A DNA stretch of 64,000 bases from Octopus bimaculoides. Its lineage: Eukaryota. Location of the stretch: contig NC_068984.1 in the NCBI RefSeq assembly GCF_001194135.2, positions 131,723,798 to 131,787,797 on the forward strand, read 5' to 3'. The position numbers were made by a program, and so were the translations under genes. The first letter of the stretch is position 1, and every line of letters starts with the position of its first letter. Shown piece by piece: positions 50,666 through 64,000 of the stretch. The notes under the pieces are model-generated. The model did no database searches and was not told the DNA's origin. It saw nothing but the letters and a program-made list of their open reading frames with translations.

Positions 50666-51349
50666 TAGCATAACGACAAGATTTCCTTGGCCAAAACGAC
50701 TTCTATCCTGATTAGTCACTGATCTACTTTCATATCTAGAATGGTACTACTACTACATTCTCAAATATTGTAGAAACATCTAAAATAATCTCTCTGTCTA
50801 TTTAGAAAAGACTCGCTCATCAATACTATCCACTCAAAACACCCTCCTATCAACATCCCTGCAGAGTTTCAGTCCCCACTAAACAGATCCTGCACTTTGC
50901 TTCTGTTGTGTCAACACCCACAGGCGAAGAAGTAGGATCTCCCAAGACATATAAATAGAGGTAGTCTGGCCGTGGTAGGAGTGTGTAGCGGTTGAGTAGA
51001 GATCATCCGAAGGTGCTAGATAGCAGTAGCTTTGAGACATAACAACTTCTCAGTTAATCATTCTCTCTCTAGATTTATGAAATTCCCTTCCCACATTTTT
51101 CTGTAAACATCAATCTACTTCACCTATATTTGATTAGGTTCCTTGCAAAGGTCTTGGATCATTCCCTCTCCAATTGATCATCAATGCATTTTAAGTTTAA
51201 TGTCACACATTTAGGGAAATAGAAGAAAGGGATATTGCTGATGAAATCAACCACCATATTTGACTAGCATTTAATTTATTGATGCTGAGAGGATGAACGG
51301 CAAGGTTGATCCAAACAGGATCCAGACTCAGAATCTACGATCAAATTAA

Positions 51350-51636
51350 CCCTTTAGCATTTAAAGAAACCATTTCTGGCTCAGAATATTCCACCTGTTT
51401 TAGGTTCAAAGTTGCCAGATCTGACCTCTCAGACCTACCCTGCAATGTCATTCTAAAAATTATTTATCACATCATCTAATTTATTTATTTATTTATTTAT
51501 GCGTTTCAGTCAAGTGGCTGCAGTCATGCTGGAGCACCACCGTGATTGTTGAAGCTATGAGATAATAAATGATTAATTCAAAACAATGTGAATAAATAAT
51601 AATTACATTTGATAGAGTAATCTGAATGCTAGAGGG
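51350..51636 (+). mobile_element. piggyBac-type MITE containing a SINE fragment
   Basis: TTAA flanks; TIRs CCCTTTAGCATT and AATGCTAGAGGG; internal (ATTT)n plus a CAGTCA...CATGCTGGAGCACC SINE piece. Confidence 0.85.
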
Positions 51637-51863
51637 TTAAATACCGTGAAGCATTTTGTCTTATTCTCTACCCTCAATTAATAACAAAAATCCTTCTTCC
51701 ATTGAAATCCTCTGTCCCACCTCTCCTCATTTAAGCAGTACTTAAACATAGATCCAGCATTTAATAATGGAATTTTTCATCAAACACTATAATATATCAT
51801 TGCTTTAGATACATCAATGTTTCTTTACTTCTTATATTCCTTATAGATATATGTTTGAAATCA

Positions 51864-51901
<38 letters not shown>

Positions 51902-51966
51902 NNNNNNNNNNNNNNNNNNNNNNNNNNNNNNNNNNNNNNNNNNNNNNNNNNNNNNNNNNNNNNNNN

Positions 51967-52018
<52 letters not shown>

Positions 52019-52031
52019 TCAGTATGTTTAA

Positions 52032-52251
52032 CCCTTTAGCATTCAGCTTATTCTGCCAAATGTAGTGCTTATTTATTCACATTATTTTGAATTAATCATG
52101 CATTATCTCATAGTTTTGAGATTTCAGCAGCATTATTGTTTATGCTTAGAATGACAAATGTTGGGTAGATGTGAGAGGCCGGATCTGACCAGTTTGAATA
52201 TAAAGTAGGCAGAATATCTGCGCAGATATGGCCAGATTAAATACTAAAGGG
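52032..52251 (-). mobile_element. piggyBac-type MITE, same family as 51350, opposite orientation
   Basis: TTAA and TTGA flanks; CCCTTTAGCATT and AATACTAAAGGG ends; internal sequence is reverse-complementary to 51350-51636. Confidence 0.8.
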
Positions 52252-53082
52252 TTGAATTTATGAAAGCATAAGGAAAAGACATAGCTAAAAGATCCTTGAT
52301 TGCTCAACCTGCTAGAAATAGCAACAAGATATTCCTGAAGTGAGAGCCTAATCTTTAAAAAAAAAGGGACACGTTGTATAATGTAGTCATAGATGTACTA
52401 TGTCTAGAAAAAAATTAAGACAGGGTGGTCACCATTGGACTACTTTTAATTGTAGGTCTGGCTTGATCACTACTAACCTGTGACTAGCAATAACTATGGA
52501 AGAGGACTCAATTTCTTTTGACAGCTGGTTGTTGAAGTGTTTTGGCTGAGGTGTTTTTTTATGTACTTACACATCAAATATTTTATGAGGCACACAGGAT
52601 TCAGCAGCAGTTGACCTATGACTACTTATCTGATCTATTCACAGCTGACCTTATTTGAAGGCCATCTCATTCTTTGACCTGTGACAGAGATAGTCATTCC
52701 ATAGTTTAACTTAGTACTATTACTAAAAGCTCTCTATACCTTCCCTTGCTCCAGTATAATAGATACTACAGGTCTTAGCTCGCTGATTTCTCTTTTTCAC
52801 ATCTACCTGTTTTAATATGGATACTTAAAGCCTTCCTGCCATCTGCTGATGGTGAGTATAGTAAATTATAATTTACTTTTGCACAGTATCATTCATATTT
52901 TATCTTGATAAAGTTTGTCCTTGTTAATTCAATCCTATTCTTTTAAATATTAATTTATGCTCACTGATATTTTTCTTCATGCTTATCAGTCATTTACATA
53001 AAATTGTTTTCTTCCTTGTTTAATGGAAAGGAATGTAGTCAGTCAGCTAGCCTGGTATATTACTGGTATACATTTTATTAAA

Positions 53083-53949
53083 TACTAGCAGAGGCACCCG
53101 GCGTTGCTCGGGAATGAAATTGTTGTTTATATACTTGAAGAAAAAAAGCAAAATATGCTGCATAGAAATTTGAGGACATTCTGTAGATGGACTCTCAGAT
53201 GAATGATGGCTGGGCGCCTCTCATGAATGGGGAAAATTGAAGATGTGCCGAAAAGCCTCATTGGTACTTGGAAACTTTTACGAAAATTAAAATGGGGATT
53301 AAATGAAAAAAATGATTTACGTGAATATCCTCAGAAGAGTAATTGAAATAAATGGCGATTGTGGAACCCCCCCACGCACGCGTGCGCGCATACACACGTG
53401 TGTCTTTGTAAATATGTTTGTATACATTTANNNNNNNNNNNNNNNNNNNNNNNNNNNNNNNNNNNNNNNNNNNNNNNNNNNNNNNNNNNNNNNNNNNNNN
53501 NNNNNNNNNNNNNNNNNNNNNNNNNNNNNNNNNNNNNNNNNNNNNNNNNNNNNNNNNNNNNNNNNNNNNNNNNNNNNNNNNNNNNNNNNNNNNNNNNNNN
53601 NNNNNNNNNNNNNNNNNNNNNNNNNNNNNNNNNNNNNNNNNNNNNNNNNNNNNNNNNNNNNNNNNNNNNNNNNNNNNNNNNNNNNNNNNNNNNNNNNNNN
53701 NNNNNNNNNNNNNNNNNNNNNNNNNNNNNNNNNNNNNNNNNNNNNNNNNNNNNNNNNNNNNNNNNNNNNNNNNNNNNNNNNNNNNNNNNNNNNNNNNNNN
53801 NNNNNNNNNNNNNNNNNNNNNNNNNNNNNNNNNNNNNNNNNNNNNNNNNNNNNNNNNNNNNNNNNNNNNNNNNNNNNNNNNNNNNNNNNNNNNNNNNNNN
53901 NNNNNNNNNNNNNNNNNNNNNNNNNNNNNNNNNNNNNNNNNNNNNNNNN

Positions 53950-53981
<32 letters not shown>

Positions 53982-54245
53982 CACACGAACACACAAAATA
54001 GAGAGTGAACCTTTTTGCGGTTGTTACGTCAATACCGGAAGTTGACATTGAGGAACCTTTTTAAAGAAGTGAATCTTAAATATAAAGCAATATTATTTAT
54101 TTTTAATTAAAAAAATCAAATGAAGAGCCTAAGATTTATCCGAGGTCAAATTATTCATGCATTACAAGTATGGAAGCATTTGGTGAAGTCGATTTCACGT
54201 GAAAAGCGATTACACACACATCTCTGTTTTATATATAGTATAGAT
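53083..54245 (+). mobile_element. Non-autonomous Helitron-like element with microsatellite and a 519-N gap
   Basis: 5' TACTAG...CCCGGCGTTGCTCGGG short hairpin and 3' TGTTTTATATATAGTATAGAT end. No TIR or TSD; CpG-rich. The family assignment comes from resemblance to invertebrate non-autonomous Helitrons. Confidence 0.6.
53431..53949. other. Assembly gap (others at 2914-2960, 19806-19849, 47877-47933 and about 51902-51966)
   Basis: Runs of N, mostly flanked by (AT)n or (CT)n microsatellites. Confidence 0.98.
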
Positions 54246-54739
54246 AGATGAAGGAATGCCAGGCAAAACTAATCCTGTTTAGATAAATAAAATGCATCTA
54301 ATTTGTGTAAAATGACTAAGTCAGCTCATTACTCTGTGCTATTTCTGCCATTCCTATTTGCATAAAATCTTTATATACTCAGAAACTACATCAAAGAGAG
54401 AGGAAAGATCTATGCAAGATAAAAAATATAGTAAGATATACATTTCTGAACAATAAAATACTGACACAGAGTATTTAATACTCAACATAGTATCTTATCA
54501 AATTTGTTATAAATGAGAATGTGTTAAAAGTTTTTAAAAATTATGCTTGAATTACAAGATTGTTACCATAATGCAACTTTTCTAGAATTTAAGTGAAACT
54601 TAATTTGTAAAGTGGAAATAGATTGTATAATTCATATATATATATATAACCTCTTTGTATGTGAGTGTATATATATGTGTGTGTGTATATGCATATGTAT
54701 GTGTGTATGTATGTATTTATGTGTGTGTGTGTATATGTA

Positions 54740-54785
<46 letters not shown>

Positions 54786-55151
54786 GTGTGTGTGTTCATT
54801 CATTTCTATGTCTGTTTTTCTATCCTGGCTTAGATTAAGCAAATATATTATTGAGGTGTAGTTTTACAGTAGGATGCCTTTTCTGTTGCTAACCCTTACC
54901 ACATTTCAAGGGAGGGAGCTCTTATTTCACATGCCTTTGAAGGTGCAAAACCTGCAGGCACTTTATTGACAGGAGAAATGAGATAATGCCATTACTTGTA
55001 GCTCAGGGATTTCTGAAGAAGCTCTATTGTAAACACACACACACACAATGGGCATTTTTGTTTTCCATCTAAGCAAATCAATTCACAAGGCTCTGGTTAG
55101 TCCAGAGCTATAGTAAAATACACTCACCCAGGGTGTTGGGTAATTTGGAAG

Positions 55152-56022
55152 TGGCTTTAGATACATTTCATTTTAGACCACAAATCATTACAAAAAGAAA
55201 CACTTGTGTTTGTCTCAATGCTAAAATTAATGCAAGATGTGTTTTTTCTAGAGACATTGTATGGCAGCAGCTATCTCTATCATAGTTATGTTGATCTCTT
55301 AACTATATTTGGATCTTGTTCAAAACGGGGGCACCAGTTTTCATTTATGTTTTATGTAGTGTTTTTGGTACGGAAAGACTTTCAAACTTCGTATACTTAT
55401 CTATTTTGTGTTATAGAACAGAAAAAAATTTTTGTATTCGAATTTATTTCATGTAAAAAATTGTCTTATTTCGATAATTTCTACTAATCACTGACGTCTA
55501 TTCAGTTGAAAACAGTTAGCGCTGTAACGGTGTATATCGTATTAATCCCCTAACCCTAACCCTAACTCTAGAATCCGAACTCTAAAATTGTTACACACAT
55601 AGATACGCACAGCATAATTTATTATATAAACAATATATGCGTATAAATTACGATTAAACCGGATGAAATATGTCACAGGGAATAACATTTTTATGACCGC
55701 CCAGCAGTAACTCTATTCACTTGAATAGACGTCAGTGATTAGTTGAAATTACAGAAATACGACAACTTTAACATGAAATAACTTGCGATGTACGTTTTTT
55801 TGTTAAGAAGACTAAGAGGAAAAGATGTTTTATATGACACATTCTACCAGTGTCCCAAGTTTCAAAGTGTTTCATTAGTGTTTCGTTAAGAAAATACTGG
55901 TGCCCCTGTTTTGAACAAGATCCCTATATTTTGTAATCTATTTTTGTATTTTTTTCCTGGTAGAATATTATGTTCATCAAACAAATGTAGCTATGCATTG
56001 GAACAGCAGTTTTATCGCTCAC
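55152..56022 (+). repeat. Local duplication unit A (about 250 bp, split by the MITE)
   Basis: Aligns end to end with 56874-57122 once 55311-55931 is removed; roughly 85-90% identity by eye. Confidence 0.9.
55311..55923 (-). mobile_element. Second, longer copy of the TTAGGG-containing 8-bp-TSD MITE
   Basis: TIRs GGATCTTGTTCAAAACGGGGGCACCAGT and ACTGGTGCCCCTGTTTTGAACAAGATCC; TSD CTATATTT at 55303-55310 and 55924-55931; CCCTAA repeats at about 55547-55567. Confidence 0.92.
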
Positions 56023-56287
56023 TGCCATGCCTGCTCCTTCATCAGCAGTGTGTTAGCATCCACTTTTCCATGCTTGCATTGGTTGGATAGAGTTTATTGA
56101 GTTAGGGTAGATACCCTGCATGTCAGCAACCTACATCTGTTTCCAGGCAAGATAATATTTCTTTATTGCCATGTATGTTTCAGCTGAATGTTGGAAATGA
56201 ACGACACTGCTTGCATGACAATGACACTCATTCACTCATTTAAAGCTAACACACAATATCAAGTGTGTGTGTGTATGTATATATATA

Positions 56288-56329
<42 letters not shown>

Positions 56330-56873
56330 TATATAATGGGCTTCTTTCAACTTCCATCCACCAAATCCACTCCAAGGCTTTGGTCAGTCTGAAGCTATAA
56401 AAGAAACTTGTCTAAGGTGCCATGCAGTGGGATTGAACCCAAAACCATGTAATGGGGAAGCAAACTTAACCACATGACCTAGAGTAAACATAGTTTTTTT
56501 TTTATCTATTTTTTTTTTTAAAGATAAATGTCTTTTTTAGTGTCACTAAATGTTGTCCTTTATGCTTGAATCATTGGCTTGATATTTTCTCAAACAAACA
56601 ATTCAAGCATAAAAAGACATAGAATCCAGGTCACAAGTTCACATTTCAGTGGTCAGCTTTCTCATGCAATGTCACATTTTTAAAAACAGATGTCTCAATC
56701 AAGCTGCTTCCTTTGAAGCGATTAGAATGCTATTTTTCTTACTCATACTTGATATATTCTAAGCCTCACCACAACCACCACTTTCCTTTCTTCTGACTTG
56801 ATTGAAATTCATTAGTTCTGGAAGTATTATTTTTCATAAATACTGTAGGCTTTTAAAATATGTAATCAACAAA

Positions 56874-57122
56874 TGGCTTTAGATACATTTCATTTTAGGC
56901 CAGGAATTAATACAAAAAGAAACACTTGTGTTTGTCTTAATGCTAGAATTATGCTAAATGTGGTTTTTCTAGAGACATTGTATGGCAGCAGCTGTCTCTA
57001 TCATATTTATGCTCATCTCTTAACTATATTTTGTAATCTATTTTTGTATTTTTTCCCTGGTAGAATATTATGTTCATCAGACAAATGTAACTATACTTTG
57101 GAACAGCAGTTTTATCTCTCAC
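56874..57122 (+). repeat. Local duplication unit B (empty site)
   Basis: Contains a single CTATATTT at the position where unit A has the MITE. Confidence 0.9.
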
Positions 57123-59970
57123 AAGTTAGAATAATTGACTTCCATATTATGCATGTGAAGGGTGTAGATTGCATTTTCTATTCCAGTTCTTTTTGTTCTA
57201 AGTTCTGATCCTGCCAAAATCAGTTTGCTTTTCATCTTTCCTGGGTTGATAGAATAAAGTACCATTAAACATCTGGAATAGACATATAGGGCTAGATACT
57301 TGTTAAAATTTTTGGTCAAGTTCCTATGTTTGAAATTATATTAATACATGCACAGATGTGGCTGTGTGGTAAGAAGCTTGCTTCCCAACTACATGGTTCT
57401 GGGTTCAGTTCCACTGCATGGCACCTTGGGCAAGTGACTTTTACTATAGCCTTAAGCTGACCAAAGCCTTGTGAGTGTACTTGGTAGACAGAAACTGAAA
57501 GAAGCCCATCATATATGTGTATCTGTATGTGTGTGTGTGTGTGTGTGTGTATATATAAGTCCTGGGGTCGATTTGTTCAACTAAAGGCAGTACTCCAGCA
57601 TGGCCACTGTCAAACAACTGAAACGAGCAAAAGAGGATGTGAAGATTATTCACTATTTCTCTTAGTTACAAAACTAACATGTTGGATGTGTTGGAACTTG
57701 GTGTCTTGTGAGAATTCTATAGTAGTGTCGTTCCTAGTGACTTGCATGCAGTTTGTTTATGTTTATGAAGATTGAGATAATGAACAAGCAGTTTAAACTC
57801 CCTATGAACTACTTGTTGATTCTATCCATATTAATTCAATATGGCCCTTTCCTTAGTTATACCAAAGATCACCAAAAGGTTACAATATCTTGTAAACTGT
57901 CTGATAGCAACGATATAATGGGACCTTAATCAAATGATACTAATTGAAAAATGGTGTCTAATTATATAATTTTATACCTGCCAACTTTTCTTGGGAAGAT
58001 TACAGTTCTTTTTCTTTTTTTGTTTTAGTTTGTTAAATCAGTAAGACACAAGTGATTTCAAGCTGATGCAAGAACATAACACCAATACCAATAATATTCT
58101 TAAAGTAGAAAATGTTAATGTATTTAATGTTTGGTTAGGTTAGTGATTGAAAGGAAAATATATGTAATAGGGAAATACCAGAGAGAAGCTGTTTTATGGA
58201 AGAATGATTGGGTAAAGTGTTTAATATATTGTGTCTAGGAGGTGTGATAGAAAGAAGGTAGTTGGATGTAGGTAAATGTGTTCTTTATAGTTATCAAATT
58301 TGTAGTAGCACTTAGAAGAAACTGGAGCAGGATATACAGTTCATTGGGTGTAGCGTGTTGATGAATGAAAGCTTCCTATCAGGTGGCTAGCCTTTTCTTT
58401 AGCAGTTTTGACCTAAACCATACCTAATTTGTGATATAAGTACATTAGTATCCTAACATTCAGTTAGCTGAGTACCACACATCTAATCAAGTAGTACTGA
58501 TGCAGACAGATCACCCTGTAATGACAAAATAAAAAGAAAGAAAAACAGCCCTTTTTGATAAGACCCTCTTTTCTTAACATTTAAGAATTAAAATTCACTG
58601 AGTGTTTCCAGTTAAAATTCTTCTACACATTTGATAAATGAAACAGCCTTGACAATAATTAAACTTACCCCTCAAAAATATGAAATCTGCTGTTTTGCTG
58701 CTTAGACACTTATCTCCTTTATGTCATGGTCATTCCTTCCTTACCATCTGAGTTCTCAGATTTCATCAGAGTCTCACGATGTAGAAATACCAGCTATCAA
58801 TAAGTGTTAAGTAATTTTGAAGCTTACACAAACTCACATATTGAGCCATAATGTGATTAACTTATATCATGTATTAGTTGGAGTGGTGTTCTTATCTTGG
58901 TTGTTACTTTTTCACTACATTTTGGCTATGTACACTCCAGCCTTTTTCAGGTGTTTTGTGATTGACTTTAATGCCTTGCCTGGGATTGAACTTAGAACTG
59001 TATGTGATCAAATTGGTAACCATTTAGTATCCTCCATAGTTTCTCACATTCTTTTGTTATTCTTAAAAATGTAATACAGGACTGAAACATGTGAAAGATA
59101 CCAGATAACAAATTACTTTATTTTTACTTGTTTCAGTCATGCTGGGGGACCTTGAAGGATTTTAGTTGAAACCCCAGTTCTTCTTATTTTTCTGTAAAAC
59201 CTGGTACTTATTCTATCAGTCACTTTTGCTGAGCTACCAAGGGGGACGTAAGCACATCAACATTGATAATTTATTTTCGAACGCAGAGACACCATTAGAG
59301 CAGTAGAAACATCGGCTAAATTATCCTTACAAAGCAGAAAAGTTTGTCAACAACCAGCTATGGGACACGGTGACATACACAAAGACACACACACACATAT
59401 ACAACAGATTTCTTTCGGTTTCCATCCACCAAATCCACTCAACAAGATTTAGATTAGCCTTAGGTTATTGTCAGACACCTAGCCAAAGTGCCACACACTG
59501 AACCCAGAACCATGTGGTTGGGAAGCAAACTTCTTACCACCTGTCTGGAATTTTTTAATTCTTAGCTTAAGCCTTTTCATTGGCTGATGTATCTACTAAT
59601 CCTAGAGTTTTTAATGCTATATTCTTTCTTATGCATTTCAAAATAATATTCAATAACTTAACATTTTTATTTTTAAATCCAAGGGGTTAGTCAGTTAAAT
59701 TGCCCCCATTATTGGACTGGTACTTTGTTTTATAAACCCTACAGGAATGGGAGCAAAATTGGCTTCTGTGTGATTTGTACACAGAATGTAAAGAGCCGGA
59801 AGAAAGACTATAAGGCATTTTATCCAATGCTCTAACAGTTCAGCCATAATAATAATAATCTCTAATTTAGATACAAGGCCAGCAATTTTGAGTGGAAGAG
59901 ATTAGTCAGTTATGTTGAACCCAGTACTTGATTGTTACTTTATTTTATTGACCTTCAAGCAAAAAAAAAG

Positions 59971-60200
59971 TGGAGGTGCATGGCTTGGTGGTTAGGGTGT
60001 TGGACTCATGATTGTAAGATTGTGGTTTTGATTCCTGGACTGGGTGATGTGTTGTGCTCTTGAGCAAAACATCTCAGTTCATGCTGCTCCAGTCCACTCA
60101 ACTGGAACAAAATGAGTAATCCTGTGACAAACCAGCTTCCTGTTCTAGGAGGAATATATATGCCAGAGAAACCAGGAAACTGGCCCTATGCTCTTTATGT
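59971..60200 (+). mobile_element. tRNA-derived SINE of a further family
   Basis: tRNA-like head TGGCTTGGTGGTTAGGGTGTTGGACTCATGATTGTAAGATTGTGGTTTTGATTCCTGG followed by a GTTGTGCTCTTGAGCAAAACA body. Confidence 0.65.
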
Positions 60201-62705
60201 AGTAATGTGAACAAACCAAGGGAAAGAAAGACAAGGTTGATCTCAGCTGGATTTGAACTCAGAACATAAAACACCCATCTTGTATCAATTATACTATCTG
60301 ATAACTTATGCCTTTGTTGATGCAACTATTTTTTCAGCCATGAATTGAATATTTCAGAAAATTATTTTTGTGTACATGACAAAATTATGTTTCAATGAAT
60401 AATGGTGACAAATAGAATGATTTTAAGAGCAGGTCCTTCAGGCTTGATAGACTTGAACCAAAATAACATTTGATTATTGTTACTAGTTAGTCAACACTTC
60501 ACCAGAAACATTTTTTGGAGGTTTGTCAATTTGACAAGTATTTCTTTTAATAAAATTTAGATATTTTATTTCATTTTAAAAAAGACAAAAAAGAAATTTA
60601 TGAAATGATTTTATTTAAATCAATTGTTATTGCTGGAAAAGTTTTTTCAAAGAATAACAAAACAAAACAAATTATAAATATATGAGCAATGAGAAGATTA
60701 GTCATACACATGGCAAAAATAAGACATATGCTATAAAAATTCTTCATCTTATTAGTATGCATTACTTTCAGATAATCTTTCTAATGTTGTTTCTAAATTT
60801 TATTTTGGTTAGGTTTGGTTTGGGTTAGTATGATTTTGTTTATTTTGCTGCTAAAATTGTACTGATGTAGACTTTATGCAGTTTTAAACAATGTTCTTTA
60901 ACATGAGTGTACAGTCATAACTATGCGGTTAAGAAAGTACAGTATTGTAAAAAAAGCAAGGCTGTGCAGTTAAGAAGCTCACTTTGCAACCCTGTGGTTT
61001 GGTGTTCAATCCTACTGCACAGCACCTTGGACAAATGCCTTCTATTATATCCCAAGGCCAGCCAGTACCTTGTGAGGGAATATGGTAGATGGAAACCGTG
61101 TGAAAACTTGTATATTTGTATGTCTTTGTGTCTGTTCTCCCACCATTACTTAACAACCAGTACTGGTTTATGTTCCTGTCACTTAGCAGTTCAGCTGAGG
61201 TTAATCTGTTTGACTAAGTCCTTCATGTGATGCTCCAGCATGGCCACAGTTCAATGACTGACACAAGTAAAACATATAGATAAAAGATTAGTATTTACAA
61301 CCACATTAAAAAAAAAACAAAAGCTCTTTCTTGCACGATTCAGTCTAAGATTTGTTTGTAAAGAATTTCTATTAATAAGTCTATTAATTGTAGAAGCATG
61401 GACTCAAGTCCAAAGGCCTAAAGGGCAACATGACAAAAACAAAATACCAGTTAGTAACTGATAGCTTACAATCCTAATACCATTTGAAATGTAACTTTGC
61501 TTAATATATAGGAAGAGAGATGTTAAGAATTCTGTGCTGTGCATTCAGGAAATAAATGAAATAAGCATGGATGTGTAATATTCACCAGCAGAAGGGATAG
61601 GGCACAAGTTATCTGAGAGAGTAGCTGAGCATTTAGAGTTTCAGCTAAAGTATCTAGAATAACATGTAGTGGTATATACAGTGAGTGATAAATGAATGTA
61701 TCACATGTTTCTGGTGGAGGTTACTTAAGGAAATGATACACTGAGGGGGATTGTAATAAAATAGTGAAGTCATATCTTAGGATGTGAAGTCTCAAAGAAG
61801 AGATCATAAAAGATCAATACTGGTGGGGATATACTGTTCAGCAGACTCATCCTACCCACATTCATGTGGGGAAATAAGCATTAAACTAATGGTAAAGATA
61901 ATGAAGAAAACAGTTCTTTGCAGTAAACTACACTTATCTGAAGCTTATTCAATAGATTTTGGTTTTCAACAAATCATGAGCTTTAAAAGAGTATTTAAAA
62001 CTCCACTTCAGTTTTAACTCTAAGGCAGAACCTGCTCCCCATTGGTCATACTGCATAGGCGTATATATTTGCTTCTGATAATGATATTTTGGCCACTTTG
62101 TTGTTATATTACAGTAAAATAACTATGCTGAAATACTTAGCCTTTGATATAAGCTTATTGGCTGTTCCAGTGCAGTTGACACATTCTGCCTTCGTTTGTA
62201 TCCACTGCTTATATCAACAACTTCTTCTTGATATTCATTAATGAGGGCTTTCACTGTATCCTCCACTGGAGGTCAGGCAATCTGGTATAATGTTTAATAC
62301 ACAAGAACATAAATGTTATTTCAAGGAAGCAGAACTACATCCCCTCTCTTAATTCCTATGAACAACTCCCAAATTACAAGTTGTCTATCTCATCAACATA
62401 CACTCATTCTCACTGACTCTGTCCATCTTTCCTTGAATTTCCTTATTTTTAATGCTAATAAAATTATACAAAGAAGAGATGGCTTTGTACCTTGGTAATT
62501 GTTGACTCTCATTAACTTATTCAAATAAATATCATTCTGTTGTTAATATCTGGTGAACTAATGTTGTGTTGCACCACATTTAGAATAAATTTATTTACTT
62601 GATTAAATAAAACCTGCTTCCTGGAAACCTTTAATAGTGCTCCATTCTCATTCTACTTCATAGTCTGTATTTTATAAATTGTTGGCTTTGCTGTGCTCCC
62701 ATTTT

Positions 62706-62740
<35 letters not shown>

Positions 62741-63375
62741 GAGAGAGAGAGAGAGAGTCATTGCACTCATAGACTTACAGCCTAAATTTCACTCTAAATA
62801 TCATACACAGTTCTGCAAACCAATCTGTCTGATCTGATTTCACAATACACTAGTCTCCAATTTTCCAAACTATACATAAATAAAACCAATATGATTCCCC
62901 CCACTCTATCTATTTCTCTGTCTGTCTTGTGTAAGCGAAAGAAGTTATGGTTACAATTCTTCCTCTTTAGACACTTTGATGTAAGGAAAGAAAATTACTT
63001 TTTAGATTCTTTAGCTATGTTGAAACTGCTCTGAAAGCTGGTATTAAATTTGATTAAGATAATTTTGAAAATATTTTCTGCAAAGTTATATATTAGAAAA
63101 TAGGCATGCTATAGGTACAGATATGGCTTGCATATCTCAAACAATTCATTGAGGTAGATTTTCTATGGCCAGATGTTCTTCGTGTTGCTAACACACACCT
63201 ATTACCAAGCAAAGTAATATTTCTCCTTGGCCAGATATGTTTTTCATGGAAGACAACAAAATCACTTCTATTGCAGTAATGCTTGTTCTGCAGTCATCAT
63301 GTGATATCAGTACAAGGTATGTATATATATATATATATGATAGGGATAAAAATCCAAATTTGCAGGGAAAAATTC

Positions 63376-63475
63376 AATTTAATTTAATTTATCAAAATTT
63401 AATTTAATTTATCAAAATTTAATTTAATTTATCAAAATTTAATTTAATTTATCAAAATTAAAATTAATTTATTAA
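63376..63475. repeat. 20-bp tandem repeat (AATTTAATTTAATTTATCAA) x4 plus one degenerate unit
   Basis: Direct reading; no spacers. Confidence 0.9.
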
Positions 63476-63694
63476 AATTAAATTAAATTTCACAATATGT
63501 AATATATAAATATATAATTTAGAGTAAAAAACCACAGTTATTGAATTCATCCATGAAATTCCACAATCACATATAGAAAAATTTATTAAGTAAATACACT
63601 AAAAAGACCTATAATAAAAATAAAAAAAGTACAAAGTAATAAATATTAAAATAATATATACATAGATATATCTGAGTATATATATGTATATATG

Positions 63695-63727
<33 letters not shown>

Positions 63728-64000
63728 TCACACACTAATGTATAACCCATGCCAGCATGGAAGGCACATGTTAAACAATGATGATGTTGTGTTCACATTA
63801 GCATTTAATAATTATCTATTTGATGGCATTTAAGATGCACTTTTTCCCCCTGAAAGATATCTCTAAAAATCAACCTGCATTTTATATGCAAAGTTGAGCC
63901 TATATTACATACTCTGGAGCTGTAAAACCTATTTTTACATGAGTATGTGCTGCTGAAATTGAGGTGCATATAATCTGCCTATGCATCTTTTATAGTCATC

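Noticed and set aside
53258-54045. Longest ORFs in the track (196-244 aa)
   Set aside because: They consist of N-gap X residues and microsatellite translations.
56873-57208. 111-aa ATG ORF spanning duplication unit B, with the frame also open in unit A
   Set aside because: Codon-by-codon comparison of the two units gives about 9 nonsynonymous changes and 1 synonymous change, so there is no sign of purifying selection. T-rich sequence stays open by chance.
48881-58792. Minus-strand micro-exon candidates (about 48881-48912 VNERGTRLKW, a 17-nt segment near 49970, and about 58744-58792 LVFLHRETLMKSENSD)
   Set aside because: Individually plausible splice sites, but short and with no convincing joined peptide. 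Such sites are frequent by chance in AT-rich DNA. A nested antisense gene cannot be fully excluded.
63376-63475. CRISPR-like array
   Set aside because: Contiguous 20-mers with no spacers, in eukaryotic DNA with no cas genes.

Overview
AT-rich, microsatellite-dense animal genomic DNA with five assembly gaps. The SINE repertoire suggests an octopus, but this is an inference. None of the supplied ORFs is a complete gene. The window is mostly intron/intergenic sequence containing decayed Tc1, mariner, DD37D/maT-like and pogo transposons, RTE and CR1/L2-like LINE fragments, many tRNA-derived SINEs, hAT- and piggyBac-type MITEs, a Helitron-like element, a solo LTR and a Penelope inverted pLTR with a degenerate hammerhead ribozyme. 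Short plus-strand exons (about 50-105 nt) that the ORF track mostly misses suggest one or two spliced protein-coding genes, which I cannot name. The best chain is 44303-44406, 46755-46806 and 50351-50430, which is phase-compatible. A CpG-retaining island at about 23.3-28.5 kb with three plus-strand GTAAGT donors looks like a promoter region. The most striking element is a fold-back MITE with GG...CC ends, 8-bp TSDs and an internal (TTAGGG)n tract. It occurs twice, and one copy sits in a local duplication whose other copy preserves the empty target site. Coordinates of decayed repeats are approximate. All alignments and translations were done by eye.
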